Assembly (NCBI GenBank): GCA_963793265.1
Contig: CAWBZI010000006.1
Coordinates: forward strand, 928,001 to 992,000
Length of the DNA stretch: 64,000 nucleotides
Direction of reading: 5' to 3'
From: an uncultured cyanobacterium
Lineage (GTDB): Bacteria; Cyanobacteriota; Cyanobacteriia; Phormidesmidales; Phormidesmidaceae
Both the position numbers and the translations under genes were made by a program. Each line of letters opens with the position of its first letter. Position 1 is the first letter of the stretch. Under the pieces are notes generated by a model. That model worked only from the letters and a program-made list of their open reading frames with translations. It was not told where the DNA came from and ran no database searches. This document shows, in pieces, positions 30,016 to 39,788 of the stretch.

Positions 30016-30504
30016 TTAGTAAGGCATTTGCATATTAACGGCATCCGAAATCGTGGGAATTTCGGCATAGCGGCCTAGCACCGACTGCGCAACAGAATAG
30101 ACGACAATTGCCATCCCGCCCAAGAACATCACGTTTAACAGGGTTTCACCCACAATGTTGCTGCCCGTGAGGTTGAACACACTTAGCACCAGCAAGGTGA
30201 TAGAAATCATGAAGCTCACTAAAATCGCCTGCAACACGTTGAAGCGAATAAACCGGCTGATATTCGAGTTTCTGATGACAAAGAGAAACAGCAAAATGAA
30301 AACGCCAAAGCCAAGCCAGCTATTTTCAATCGCAATTAGCGGCTGTAGCGGCAGCAGCACAATCTGGAACAACTGAAATGCTGGCGGGAACTGAAGACTT
30401 AAAAACCGCAAAAAATAACTGCCTGCATCTAAAGCAGAGGCAAGAGGCATGACATAAGCTAGAGCTGCAAAGGCTCTATCAAGGGCGGTTGCAGAACTAT
30501 TCAT
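30016..30504 (-). CDS. Tic20/Ycf60-family membrane protein
   Basis: DR.FAAL.Y..PL, VIRN.NISRFIRFN..QAIL, G.YAEIPTISDAV.MQ. Confidence 0.85.
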   Translation of the reverse strand: MNSSATALDRAFAALAYVMPLASALDAGSYFLRFLSLQFPPAFQLFQIVLLPLQPLIAIENSWLGFGVFILLFLFVIRNSNISRFIRFNVLQAILVSFMISITLLVLSVFNLTGSNIVGETLLNVMFLGGMAIVVYSVAQSVLGRYAEIPTISDAVNMQMPY

Positions 30505-30555
30505 AACAAACTCCTACGGTTCATGGGTTAATGGCTGATGTGAATATATTTCTCT

Positions 30556-30834
30556 TTAGCATAGCGTATCTGTTAGTTCAGCCACTCTAAAGCCCATTGC
30601 ACACTCATACTGAGCCGGACATTTGGTGTCTACTGTTGCCGGTGCATCTTCACAGCCTGAAGCGCCTTCTAGAACACCTTCTAAAACACTTCCGGCTAAC
30701 GGCGGTTCAATCAAACGACCGCATCTCAGCCGTCCTTTTTGCCACCGGGGCTGTCCGCTTTGGCTCGCCATAGGGCAGCTTTGACACACTGCCGAAGGTG
30801 GCAAAAGCTGCTCTTTCATCAGAATGACTAACAT
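30556..30834 (-). CDS. Small conserved cyanobacterial Cys-rich protein
   Basis: MLVIL....L....VCQSC..AS.SG.PRW..G.L.CG...QYEC.MGFRVA pattern. Confidence 0.7.
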   Translation of the reverse strand: MLVILMKEQLLPPSAVCQSCPMASQSGQPRWQKGRLRCGRLIEPPLAGSVLEGVLEGASGCEDAPATVDTKCPAQYECAMGFRVAELTDTLC

Positions 30835-30989
30835 ATGTTCACCGTTCCATTCCTACGCCTGCTTCTCTAGGGCCCATCCCTTTAAAGAATGCCTAAAAAT
30901 AGCTGAGTGCCTTTATATTCCAATATAGTAGGGCACTCGCCGGAGGAATCTGTATGGGTTTTTACACACGTAGGTATTCTTTGGCTGCC

Positions 30990-32429
30990 TTACTTCTTTA
31001 CAGAAATCTCAGGCGCTCTAGTAGATGCTCTAGCAGGAATATCAGCTTCGATTGGTTTTGATTGCGATCGCCGCTGCTTAAGCAAACGAGGCTTGGGCTT
31101 AGGCTTTTCGCCTACATAGTCTTCCGTGCGCAGGTGCGTTGGCCGCGCCTGGTCGTAGGCCATCTGTAGCGCCGCTGCTGCAATCGTTCGAATGTCATAC
31201 TCTTCGCCAAGCTGCGACACAATTGGCAAAAAGGAAGCCAGCCGCTCACTCGTCACCGCTTCTCTCACGCTCGCCTGAAGCTTTTCAAGATGACGAGCTG
31301 CAATCTCTGCCTGAGTCGGCACCTTTGCATACTCCACCTTCTTACCAAAGCGCCGCTCTACTCTAGAAAGCTTATATTTTTCCAGCGTCGTCACAATCGA
31401 AATAGCACGCCCTTCTTTACCCGCCCGGCCCGTCCGCCCGATCCGGTGCACGTAGCTGTCTAAGTTATCAGGCAGCTCATAGTTGATCACATGAGTTAAG
31501 TCTTCTACATGAATACCGCGAGCGGCAATATCAGTTGCGACCACATAGCGCACCTGCCGCTGACGAAAACGCTGGAGCAGTCGTTCACGCTGGGGCTGAG
31601 TCAAATCGCCATGGTACTCGTCGGCACTGTGGCCCGCAGCCTGAAGCTGCCGCGTCAGTTCAGTCGCCGTACGACGCGTCCGCACAAAAATAATGGCCGA
31701 CTCTGGATCTTCTATCTCTAAAATAGGCATCAACGCTCTGGGCTTCGTCCAGCCAGTCGGCACGACATAGCCTACCTGCTTGATTCGAGCGGTGGAAGAT
31801 TTTTGAGGCTCAACGCTCACCGTGACCGGAGACTTTAAGAATCGGGTAGAGAGCTTTTGAATCGCCGGATCCATCGTGGCCGAGAAAAACGCAGTTTGGC
31901 GATCGTCAGGCGTATGTGACAAGATTTTCTCTACGTCGTGGATGAAGCCCATATTGAGCATTTCATCGGCTTCGTCAAGCACCATCATGCTGAGCTGGTC
32001 AAGCACTAGGCCACCGCGATCGATTAGATCAATCACTCGCCCTGGCGTACCGACAACGACCTGAGAACCGCGCTTGAGGCGGCTAAGCTGCTGACCAATA
32101 GACTGTCCGCCATAGACAGACGTGACGTATATCCGCTCGTCCACGATGAAGCTCTCCATCGCTTTACTCACCTGCATAGCGAGTTCGCGGGTAGGCGTGA
32201 GAACTAAAGCCTGCACGTAGCGATTGGCAGCATTGATCTGCTCCAATATAGGCATTGAGAACGCCGCTGTTTTTCCGGTGCCTGTCTGCGCGAGGCCGAC
32301 AACATCGTGGCCAGAGAGCAACTGCGGAATGGCCTGAGCTTGGACTGCCGTGGGCTCGGTAAATCCCATCTCGGTAAGATGAGCAACGCGGGCAGAGGAG
32401 AGTCCTAAGTCAGCAAATGAAGAGGTCAT
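30990..32429 (-). CDS. crhR: DEAD-box RNA helicase (CrhR-type)
   Basis: Q motif, AQTGTGKT, PTRELA, DEAD, SAT, HRIGRTGRAG; directly downstream of rimO as in the Synechocystis rimO-crhR operon. Confidence 0.88.
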   Translation of the reverse strand: MTSSFADLGLSSARVAHLTEMGFTEPTAVQAQAIPQLLSGHDVVGLAQTGTGKTAAFSMPILEQINAANRYVQALVLTPTRELAMQVSKAMESFIVDERIYVTSVYGGQSIGQQLSRLKRGSQVVVGTPGRVIDLIDRGGLVLDQLSMMVLDEADEMLNMGFIHDVEKILSHTPDDRQTAFFSATMDPAIQKLSTRFLKSPVTVSVEPQKSSTARIKQVGYVVPTGWTKPRALMPILEIEDPESAIIFVRTRRTATELTRQLQAAGHSADEYHGDLTQPQRERLLQRFRQRQVRYVVATDIAARGIHVEDLTHVINYELPDNLDSYVHRIGRTGRAGKEGRAISIVTTLEKYKLSRVERRFGKKVEYAKVPTQAEIAARHLEKLQASVREAVTSERLASFLPIVSQLGEEYDIRTIAAAALQMAYDQARPTHLRTEDYVGEKPKPKPRLLKQRRSQSKPIEADIPARASTRAPEISVKK

Positions 32430-32519
32430 TATGTTCCTAAAAATTGAAAGTTAGCGTTTAGAGTTAGCGTTTAATGAAAGCTGCCATATTGACTCAGCTT
32501 AAAAATTGAACTAAAAGAA

Positions 32520-33896
32520 TCAAACAGAGGCAGCCATAGGCGATGCAGTGATTGTGGGCTTGGAGTCAGCTGAGGCAATTTCTCCAAACAGGTCGTAGGT
32601 ATCAGCAGCGGTGATAGTGACTGGCACCATCTGACCGAGGGTGATGCGATCACCGCTCGGGTTCTGGGCATACACCAGTCCATCTACATCCGGTGCAAAC
32701 CGCGCGCTACGGCCAATAAGTTCGCCAGTCGAGGGATTTTCTTGCTCAATCAGCACGTCTACCACCTGGCCAACCTGAGTTTGGTTCCGACGGAATGAAA
32801 TGTCTTGCTGCGCGAGCATGAGCGTGTCACGACGACGTTCTTTAACGGACTGATCGATTTGGTTAGGCAAATCAAAAGCAGCCGTGCCTTCTTCAGGCGA
32901 AAAGGTAAAGACCCCTACATGGTCAAACTCGTGACGCTGCACGAAGTCTTTGAGGTGTTCAAATTGTTCCTCCGTTTCGCCTGGAAATCCCACGATAAAG
33001 GTGGTTCTCAGCACGGCTTCTGGCAGCGCCGCCTTAAGGTTTTGAATGATGTCGTCGTTAACCTGCCCCTGCCAAGGCCGGTTCATGGAGCGGAGCACCT
33101 GAGGGTGCGAATGCTGTAAAGGAAGATCCAAGTAAGGCAGTGCGTTTGGCGTTTCCTGAATGGCTTGTAGTACCGCAGGCGTTAGGCCAGTGGGATAGGA
33201 GTAGTGCATTCTGACCCAGGGCACGTCTACTTCACCCAGCGCGCGGATGAGTTCGGCAAGCTTAGGTTTGCCGTAAAGGTCTACGCCATAGTTGGTCGTG
33301 ATTTGAGAGATTAGGACGAGTTCTTGAACGCCCTGGGCAGCGAGCTGATGGGCTTCGGCCACGATTGATTCTATGGGGCGTGATCGCTGCTTTCCTCTCA
33401 GGTGCGGAATAATGCAAAAAGCGCACTTATAGTCACAGCCTTCAGCCACTCGCACGTAGGCCACGCCTTCAGAGGTCGTACGATATCGAGGCACCGTCTC
33501 ATCGGCAATGTAGGTAGGCTCTGCCGAGACAGCTTTTACTCGTTCGCCCGCTTCGGCCCGTTCAATGACGTTGACAATTTTGTTGTAGTCGCCTGTGCCC
33601 ACGAGCGCGACCGCTTCGGGAATTTCTTCTAGTAGCTCATCTTGAAAGTGCTGGGCTAAGCAGCCGGTAATCACGATTTTTTTCTTCGCCTCGGCCAGCT
33701 CCACCAGCGTACGCACCGACTCTTCTCTAGCCTCCTGTATAAAGCTACAGGTATTGACGATCACGTAGTCTGCGAGTTCCTCGTTAGCATCTACGCCGTA
33801 GCCTGCCTTCACCAGTAGCCCCAGCATGTGCTCGCTATCTACTCGGTTTTTCTCGCAGCCAAGGTGCGACAGTGCAATTGTGGGTTTGCGTCCCAT
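32520..33896 (-). CDS. rimO: Ribosomal protein S12 methylthiotransferase
   Basis: [22 protein letters not shown] radical-SAM motif, [13 protein letters not shown] domain with APDVDG. Confidence 0.95.
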   Translation of the reverse strand: MGRKPTIALSHLGCEKNRVDSEHMLGLLVKAGYGVDANEELADYVIVNTCSFIQEAREESVRTLVELAEAKKKIVITGCLAQHFQDELLEEIPEAVALVGTGDYNKIVNVIERAEAGERVKAVSAEPTYIADETVPRYRTTSEGVAYVRVAEGCDYKCAFCIIPHLRGKQRSRPIESIVAEAHQLAAQGVQELVLISQITTNYGVDLYGKPKLAELIRALGEVDVPWVRMHYSYPTGLTPAVLQAIQETPNALPYLDLPLQHSHPQVLRSMNRPWQGQVNDDIIQNLKAALPEAVLRTTFIVGFPGETEEQFEHLKDFVQRHEFDHVGVFTFSPEEGTAAFDLPNQIDQSVKERRRDTLMLAQQDISFRRNQTQVGQVVDVLIEQENPSTGELIGRSARFAPDVDGLVYAQNPSGDRITLGQMVPVTITAADTYDLFGEIASADSKPTITASPMAASV

Positions 33897-34224
33897 AAAA
33901 ATTCTCTTGATAGTTCACAAAGCAGGTGTAGCGATCGCTTCATGAACAGTCTTAAGCAAATCTTCTACGCAAGAATCATAACATAACTACACAATTGACG
34001 AGAGAAAAACACGGTTGACGGCTGAAGGACACCCAAAGAACGTCCAGATAACACGCAAAGAAGGTTCTGACGCTCAACGACATCCGGCTATCGCTAAGGA
34101 TGATTGCCCAGCGGCTCCAAACTCTCAACATTGGCTGTTAATGTAGATCGAGGCTCCAGAATGGAGGCCCTTTCATATTCGCGCAAAACAAACCCATGTC
34201 ACGAGTCCGAGATTAAAACCCCCC

Positions 34225-35088
34225 GTGGACTTAACCCAAATTTTTAAGACGCCTAATCCTGTCATTGGCGTCGTTCATCTGTTGCCACTGCCAACCTCTG
34301 CTAGGTGGCAAGGCGATTTGCCTGCTGTCATTGCCCGCGCTGAGCAAGAGGCTACGGCATTAGCCTCGGGCGGCGCTCACGGCCTGATTATCGAAAACTT
34401 TTTTGATGCGCCTTTTCCTAAATCTCAAGTAGACCCAGCAGTCGTCAGCGCGATGACGCTGGTGGTGCATCGCCTTAAGCAGTTGGTGATGCTGCCAATT
34501 GGGCTGAACGTGCTGCGGAATGATGCGCGTAGTGCGCTGGCGATCGCAACCTGTACAGGCGCAAGCTTCATCCGAGTGAACGTGCTCACGGGCATTATGG
34601 CGACCGATCAGGGCCTCATAGAAGGCCAGGCACACGAGCTTTTGCGCTATCGCCGCGAGCTAGGTTCTGACGTGAAGATATTTGCTGATGTGCTGGTAAA
34701 ACACGCTCAGCCGCTTGGCCATCCAGATTTAGGTGCGGTCGTTAAAGACACGATCGTTCGCGGCTTAGCAGACGGTGTAATTTTGTCGGGTACGGCTACC
34801 GGAGAGCCGCCTAGCGTAGATGAGCTAAAGATAGCAAGAGCCGCCGCCGGAGATACGCCTGTACTGATTGGAAGCGGAGCGAGCATTGATAATATTTTTC
34901 ATCTGATTCAGTCGGTAGATGGCGTTATTGTGTCTAGCTCACTTAAGCGCAAAGGCCAAATAGAGCAGCCGATTGACCCCATTCGAGTGCGCGACTTTGT
35001 AACAGCGTTAGGGTTAGGGCTATCGTCTCGCACATCGACGGCTGCAAGCGACAGCAAGAGTGTCAATCATTCGATGGCAAATCGCTAG
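34225..35088 (+). CDS. btpA: Photosystem I biogenesis protein BtpA
   Basis: IGVVHLLPLP, ENFFDAPF, GLNVLRND, TDQGLIEG, ADVLVKH, SG.ATG. Confidence 0.92.
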   Translation: MDLTQIFKTPNPVIGVVHLLPLPTSARWQGDLPAVIARAEQEATALASGGAHGLIIENFFDAPFPKSQVDPAVVSAMTLVVHRLKQLVMLPIGLNVLRNDARSALAIATCTGASFIRVNVLTGIMATDQGLIEGQAHELLRYRRELGSDVKIFADVLVKHAQPLGHPDLGAVVKDTIVRGLADGVILSGTATGEPPSVDELKIARAAAGDTPVLIGSGASIDNIFHLIQSVDGVIVSSSLKRKGQIEQPIDPIRVRDFVTALGLGLSSRTSTAASDSKSVNHSMANR

Positions 35089-35328
35089 CGTTTTATTGCA
35101 TTCTTGAGTTAGTGAAGGCGTCGCTTTATCGGCTGTGACATATTCTTTTTCAACAGCGGGTATTTTTGTCTAGGATCTCACTTGGGGTCTTTTGGGGTCT
35201 TTCTCAGCATTTTCTCTCAACATTCTTAGTGCGATTAGAGAAGCGCTGTCCCAAAATTTCTAATAATGTTGATATTTCTACTATTCGCCGAGCACTCAAC
35301 TATTAAGCACACACATTAAGCACACACT

Positions 35329-36306
35329 ATGAGCAAAGCACGCAGTACAAGAAGGCGTCGTCAGGAAACGACCTGGATACATAAGTGGTCACGCCCGATT
35401 ATTGGCGCGATCACAGCCGTAGGTGCTCTCGGAACTGGCTACCTCACCATTACCAAGCTGATGCAAACGTCAGCCGCCTGCGCTGCAGGTTGCGACAAAG
35501 TGCTCAACAGCGCTTGGGCTGAGGTGTTTGGCCTGCCGCTGACGCTGTTTGGCTGCTTAGCGTATCTTTCGGTGCTGGGACTGGCGATCGCCCCTCTGCT
35601 TGTAAAAGAAGAAAACAGAGAGCAGCGCACGAAGTTAGAGGGCATCACCTGGCCTCTACTGTTTGTCGCGACCACTGGCATGATGGTGTTTAGCGGCTTT
35701 TTAATGTTTGTGCTAGTCACCGACATCAAAGCGGTCTGTCCTTATTGCATTGCCTCTGCGCTGATGTCTGCCACGATGTTTGCACTTACCCTATTGGGCA
35801 GGCGCTGGGACGACCGCGGTAAGCTCCTATTCAACGGCGCAATCGTCGCCATGATTGCATTGGTCGGCACATTAGGCATGTATGCCGTTCCCGGCGGGCC
35901 TTTGAGTTCGGGCTCTCAGGCTGCTGAAGTCGCGGGTAGTGGCCCGCCCGTTACGACCCCTTCTAGCGAAGCCGAAATTGCCTTGGCAAACCATCTAACT
36001 GAGGTAGATGCCAAGATGTATGGTGCCTATTGGTGTCCTCACTGCCATGATCAAAAGCAGCTATTTGGGAAGGAAGCTTATAAGGACATTCCTTACGTTG
36101 AGTGTGCTGAGGACGGTCGTAATTCTCAGACTGCGGTTTGTAGGGCGGTGCCTGAGGTGACAGGTTATCCAACTTGGGAAGTGAACGGGGAGTTTTTGTC
36201 TGGCTCTCAGAGTTTGGAAACGCTGGCGCTGGCGTCTGGATATGAGGGGCCAGATGACTTTATCAATGGTGCAGGGGCCGTAGGTGGGACTTCAGATGGG
36301 GGTTAG
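35329..36306 (+). CDS. VKOR-thioredoxin fusion (disulfide-bond formation protein)
   Basis: C...GC..VL.S.W..VFGLP, CPYC in the VKOR domain, C-terminal MYGAYWCPHC..QK..FG thioredoxin-like domain. Confidence 0.92.
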   Translation: MSKARSTRRRRQETTWIHKWSRPIIGAITAVGALGTGYLTITKLMQTSAACAAGCDKVLNSAWAEVFGLPLTLFGCLAYLSVLGLAIAPLLVKEENREQRTKLEGITWPLLFVATTGMMVFSGFLMFVLVTDIKAVCPYCIASALMSATMFALTLLGRRWDDRGKLLFNGAIVAMIALVGTLGMYAVPGGPLSSGSQAAEVAGSGPPVTTPSSEAEIALANHLTEVDAKMYGAYWCPHCHDQKQLFGKEAYKDIPYVECAEDGRNSQTAVCRAVPEVTGYPTWEVNGEFLSGSQSLETLALASGYEGPDDFINGAGAVGGTSDGG

Positions 36307-36334
36307 CGAGGGAATCTGCTGGAGGGCGTTAAGA

Positions 36335-36393
36335 AAGAGGTAAGAGGCAAGAGGCAAGAGGCAAGAGGCAAGAGGGCGTAAGGCCTTACGCCC
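36335..36393. repeat. Heptamer tandem repeat (AAGAGGN)x6 fused to a 20-bp perfect palindrome
   Basis: AAGAGGT, AAGAGGC x4, AAGAGGG at 36335-36376; GGGCGTAAGG|CCTTACGCCC at 36374-36393. Confidence 0.85.
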
Positions 36394-36439
36394 AGTGCAA
36401 TACCTGTTGCAGCAGCGATATTTCTATCTCGACAAAATT

Positions 36440-36478
36440 AAAAACGCCTGCTTCTGAACTAACGAAGCAGGCGTTTTT
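36440..36478. terminator. Bidirectional terminator between the VKOR and GTPase genes
   Basis: AAAAACGCCTGCTTC...GAAGCAGGCGTTTTT. Confidence 0.85.
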
Positions 36479-36490
36479 GATGGCTGTTAA

Positions 36491-37930
36491 TCACTGTTTC
36501 CAGTGAGATTTCAGATCGAGCTTGTCGGCTAGCTCGGCTCGAATCTGGCGCATGATGGAGTCTTCGTCAAGGTCGTTGAGAATCTTGGCGACAACAGCCT
36601 TAGGGCTATCGTTGCCCCAGGTTGCGCCGTTAGCGAGATAGGTTTTGGTGACTTGAGCGATCGCATAAGTAGACACTCCCGACACCGCCGCTTGAGTGAG
36701 CGCCACCGTCACATAAGGCGTTGCTGTAAGCCCGCCCGTCGGAATCGAGGCGGCAGCTAAAGCGCTTTTGAGCCCGCTCAGGCCAAAGCTAACGGCCAGT
36801 TCACTCAAGGTCAGCCCGCCCATTGAGAGCGCAATCTTTCTCAGCAGCTTAGCCGCACCCTTTTGGGTCATTTCTAAATCATAAAGCCGGGCAAGGGCTA
36901 CAATTAGCGCCACATCAATGGCAGCACCGCCAAGTAGATCAACGACCATCAGCGGATTGAGCGCGACGGCAATGGACTTGGTAATGGTGGTTTTCCAGAT
37001 AGTGTCATCAGCTGCGCGATCGCGTATAGCCAGCTTTTGAGCCACCACCTGCTCATTGATTTCGTCGGCATACAGCAGCGTATTGAGCGCCACGAGCGCC
37101 TTACCCTCTCGATGCAAGATCTCTAATATTTTGAGCTTGAGGGCGCTAATATCTGGCTGACCACGTTCGGTGTGCGTACTGAGCTTGCCATTAGCATCTC
37201 TAACTGCCTGAGTAATTAGAGGAGCCGCTGCCGTGACCACCATATTCTCGGGCGGCAGCAAATCTACGAGTCGCTCCTCGCGCAGGGTTGCCAGGATTTG
37301 ATTGCGATCGCCCTGAGGATACTGATCGACTTTATTAAATACCAGCAAAATTGGCTTGCCCGCATGGCGCAGTTCGCTGAGCGCGTCGTATTCGAGTTGG
37401 GTGAGATCGCCTGCAATGACGAAGAGGATCAGGTCGGCTTGATGGGCAATTTTTTGGGCGATCGCCTGCCGTTCGTCACCCCCCACCTCATCAATTCCCG
37501 GCGTATCTATCAGCTCTACCCGCGAAGCTGATTGCCCCGATAGCGTCGCTCGATACACGTCTTGATACAGGCTTTCATGCTCCGTATCCCAAGGAATGCT
37601 TTCAGCTTGGCGAGTGACCCCGTGCAGTGGCCCCGTCTTAAAAATTGGCTGACCAACCAGCGCATTCAGCAACGAAGACTTACCTCGCCCAACCATGCCG
37701 AACACCGCAATATGAACCACCTCATTCTCTAATTTTTCAAGGACGCCGTGGAGGTGATTGATCTCAGTTTTTAGCGCGGATCGCTCACGTTCTGAGAGAT
37801 CCAGCTTGCTGATAAGGGTGGTGACTGAGGCGATCGCCTGACTGTATCGCAGGTCTTCGGCAAGCTGATCAAATCCATCAATCTCTGAAGGGTTAGCGGC
37901 AGGGCTATCGAGTGCTGATGCGTTATCCAT
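36491..37930 (-). CDS. Era-like GTP-binding protein with DUF697 domain
   Basis: GMVGRGKSS (G1), GVT, DTPG (G3), NKVD (G4); hydrophobic C-terminal domain AVALNP...DL.GG. Confidence 0.85.
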   Translation of the reverse strand: MDNASALDSPAANPSEIDGFDQLAEDLRYSQAIASVTTLISKLDLSERERSALKTEINHLHGVLEKLENEVVHIAVFGMVGRGKSSLLNALVGQPIFKTGPLHGVTRQAESIPWDTEHESLYQDVYRATLSGQSASRVELIDTPGIDEVGGDERQAIAQKIAHQADLILFVIAGDLTQLEYDALSELRHAGKPILLVFNKVDQYPQGDRNQILATLREERLVDLLPPENMVVTAAAPLITQAVRDANGKLSTHTERGQPDISALKLKILEILHREGKALVALNTLLYADEINEQVVAQKLAIRDRAADDTIWKTTITKSIAVALNPLMVVDLLGGAAIDVALIVALARLYDLEMTQKGAAKLLRKIALSMGGLTLSELAVSFGLSGLKSALAAASIPTGGLTATPYVTVALTQAAVSGVSTYAIAQVTKTYLANGATWGNDSPKAVVAKILNDLDEDSIMRQIRAELADKLDLKSHWKQ

Positions 37931-38111
37931 GAACGGGTAGGTTCGTTTGATACAAGCTGAATTAATAGGGTAGCGAAATCGACCGCTTGAGTGCGTTTAA
38001 TCAAAAGAACTTGCTAATAACCGGAAATTAGACGACGAACTGTGATGAGGAGAGTAGCTAAAGAGTGAGAGAATACAAATACAAATGGTTTATTACAATT
38101 CTTTACAGCCT

Positions 38112-38561
38112 ATGGAGTTTGAGAGTACCGCACAGAAAGCCTGTTATCAGCGTATTGTGCCGTGGATGGAAGACTTATTTGGCGAATCCGCCGTTGTCTT
38201 TGAAGACGAACCCCTATTTATTGTCACGATTGGCTCAGCCGTCGCCTCTACCCGCGTAGTGCCTTGGGGCGACAACGATGCCCTCATTACGAGCCGCTCC
38301 TTTGTGGTCACAGACGTCACCGTCACCCCAGAGCTGAGCTACTATCTGCTGCGCGCCAACAACGGCATTCACTTTGGTCGGTTCGCGCTTGATGGCGAAA
38401 ACGACATTGTGTTTGAACACAGCCTAGTCGGCTCCACCTGCGACCAAATTGAGCTAAAACACTCAGTCGCCACCGTCATTCGGATCTCTGATGACTACGA
38501 CGATGAAATTGTGGCGCGTTGGGGCGGGCAGAGGGCTCTGGAACGGTGGTCTGCTTCTTAA
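38112..38561 (+). CDS. YbjN/CesT-like chaperone-fold protein
   Basis: MEF.S.AQ.ACY..I.PWM.DLFG, GSA, YLLR.N....FG.F, L.GSTCD..EL, DDYDD.IV..WGG.RA; ATG 38112. Confidence 0.75.
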   Translation: MEFESTAQKACYQRIVPWMEDLFGESAVVFEDEPLFIVTIGSAVASTRVVPWGDNDALITSRSFVVTDVTVTPELSYYLLRANNGIHFGRFALDGENDIVFEHSLVGSTCDQIELKHSVATVIRISDDYDDEIVARWGGQRALERWSAS

Positions 38562-38784
38562 TCAGTTATTGAGTAGCGCTGCATGGACAAGCTTTTCTTC
38601 GGAGAAGTGCTTATTGAGAAAGCGATATACATAATCCATGGGACTGTTAATTGCTTTCTAGTATTGCTTCTTATTGAGGGATACTGTCTCCAAACTACTG
38701 CAAAAAGCTGCTCAGGTACTAGCTACTTAAGCAGCTTTTTGGTTTCACAAACCTTTCAATATTAAATATCGATCAATTGATCAG

Positions 38785-38822
38785 CAAGTTGCTCTCTTTT
38801 TGAGAGCAACTTGGGTTATAGT
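38785..38822 (+). promoter_or_regulatory. Operator palindrome and -10 element upstream of higBA
   Basis: Perfect 12-bp inverted repeat CAAGTTGCTCTC-TTTTT-GAGAGCAACTTG (38785-38813) followed by TATAGT (38817-38822). Confidence 0.65.
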
Positions 38823-38875
38823 GAGAAGAATCAGACTTTACAAAAATACAAAAAAATGACAATTACTAGAGAGCT

Positions 38876-39184
38876 ATGCGGTTCATTAAGAAAACTAATC
38901 TTATTCAAGACCTGAATGACGTTCCTACCGCTGTAAAGAATTCCGCCTTAGAGTGGCTGTCAGTAATTGGTGACAAAGCACTCATGTGGCACAGCTTTAT
39001 GGACGTGAAGAAAAAATATGTCAGGGCTAGCCAGGTTAACAAGCTTTACGTCTTCAATATCAAAGATTATAGGCTTATTGTAGGCATCAGTTTTAAACGA
39101 CAGATCGTGTATTACAAGACGATACTGTCACATTCTGAATACGAAGAAGGTTATTGGAAAAGTAAATATTCGCGGTCTAAATAG
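38876..39184 (+). CDS. higB: Type II toxin, HigB family
   Basis: W.S...VK..Y..AS.V....VFNI..YRLIV.I.F..Q.VY.K..LSH.EY....WK; toxin-first gene order. Confidence 0.82.
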   Translation: MRFIKKTNLIQDLNDVPTAVKNSALEWLSVIGDKALMWHSFMDVKKKYVRASQVNKLYVFNIKDYRLIVGISFKRQIVYYKTILSHSEYEEGYWKSKYSRSK

Positions 39185-39195
39185 TTTGGCTATTC

Positions 39196-39648
39196 ATGAC
39201 CGTCATGTTGTGGAGAAGTGCAATGTACAGTGCGGTTGATTCTGCTATCAGCGTTGAGAACAAAGAGTACGGACAGCTTTTAAGCTTAGTCCAACCTAGA
39301 AAAATAGAATCAAAACAAGACTACGAGAGGTCTGTTGCCTTACTAGAGTCGTTACTGGAAGAAGAGGAAGAGGAGGGTATATCACAGCAAGAGGAGACTC
39401 TTGTTGAGCTGCTTGTTGTGTTGGTTCAGGACTATGAGCGCGAAAACGTTAACGTTTCCACGCCCGAGCCGCTTGCCGTTTTAATCCACTTGATGGAGGC
39501 TGGTGAGTTGAAGCAATCTGATTTGGTTGGTGTTTTGGGTTCTAGTGGCATCGTCTCAGAAGTTATCAACGGGAAGCGAGAAATTAGCAAGACGCAGGCA
39601 CGTAGCTTAGGTAAGTTTTTCGGCCTATCTTACAGACTCTTTCTCTAA
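39196..39648 (+). CDS. higA: Type II antitoxin, HigA family (HTH)
   Basis: QPR.IE...DYE, LL.VLV.DYE, LME...LKQSDL....GS.GIVSEVINGKREISK.QA..L..FF; start could be ATG 39223. Confidence 0.85.
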   Translation: MTVMLWRSAMYSAVDSAISVENKEYGQLLSLVQPRKIESKQDYERSVALLESLLEEEEEEGISQQEETLVELLVVLVQDYERENVNVSTPEPLAVLIHLMEAGELKQSDLVGVLGSSGIVSEVINGKREISKTQARSLGKFFGLSYRLFL

Positions 39649-39687
39649 TGACCTGCTTGCAAAGTCGTAGATACGTTCAATATCTAA

Positions 39688-39723
39688 AAGCTCCAACATT
39701 CAGCTTATAGAATGTCGGAGCTT
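39688..39723. terminator. Hairpin between the convergent higA and ugd genes
   Basis: AAGCTCCAACATTC-agcttata-GAATGTCGGAGCTT. Confidence 0.6.
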
Positions 39724-39788
39724 CTCAATCTAAATCACTACGTTATCGGCAATGATCTCTTAGTGATTAGACGATCTACCAGTACCTT

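Noticed and set aside
36335..36393. CRISPR array
   Set aside because: 7-nt contiguous repeats without spacers, and no cas genes in the window
38583..38765. 60-aa ORF upstream of higB as a third TA component
   Set aside because: No RBS or motif, and it runs through a terminator-like hairpin; likely a chance ORF in AT-rich DNA
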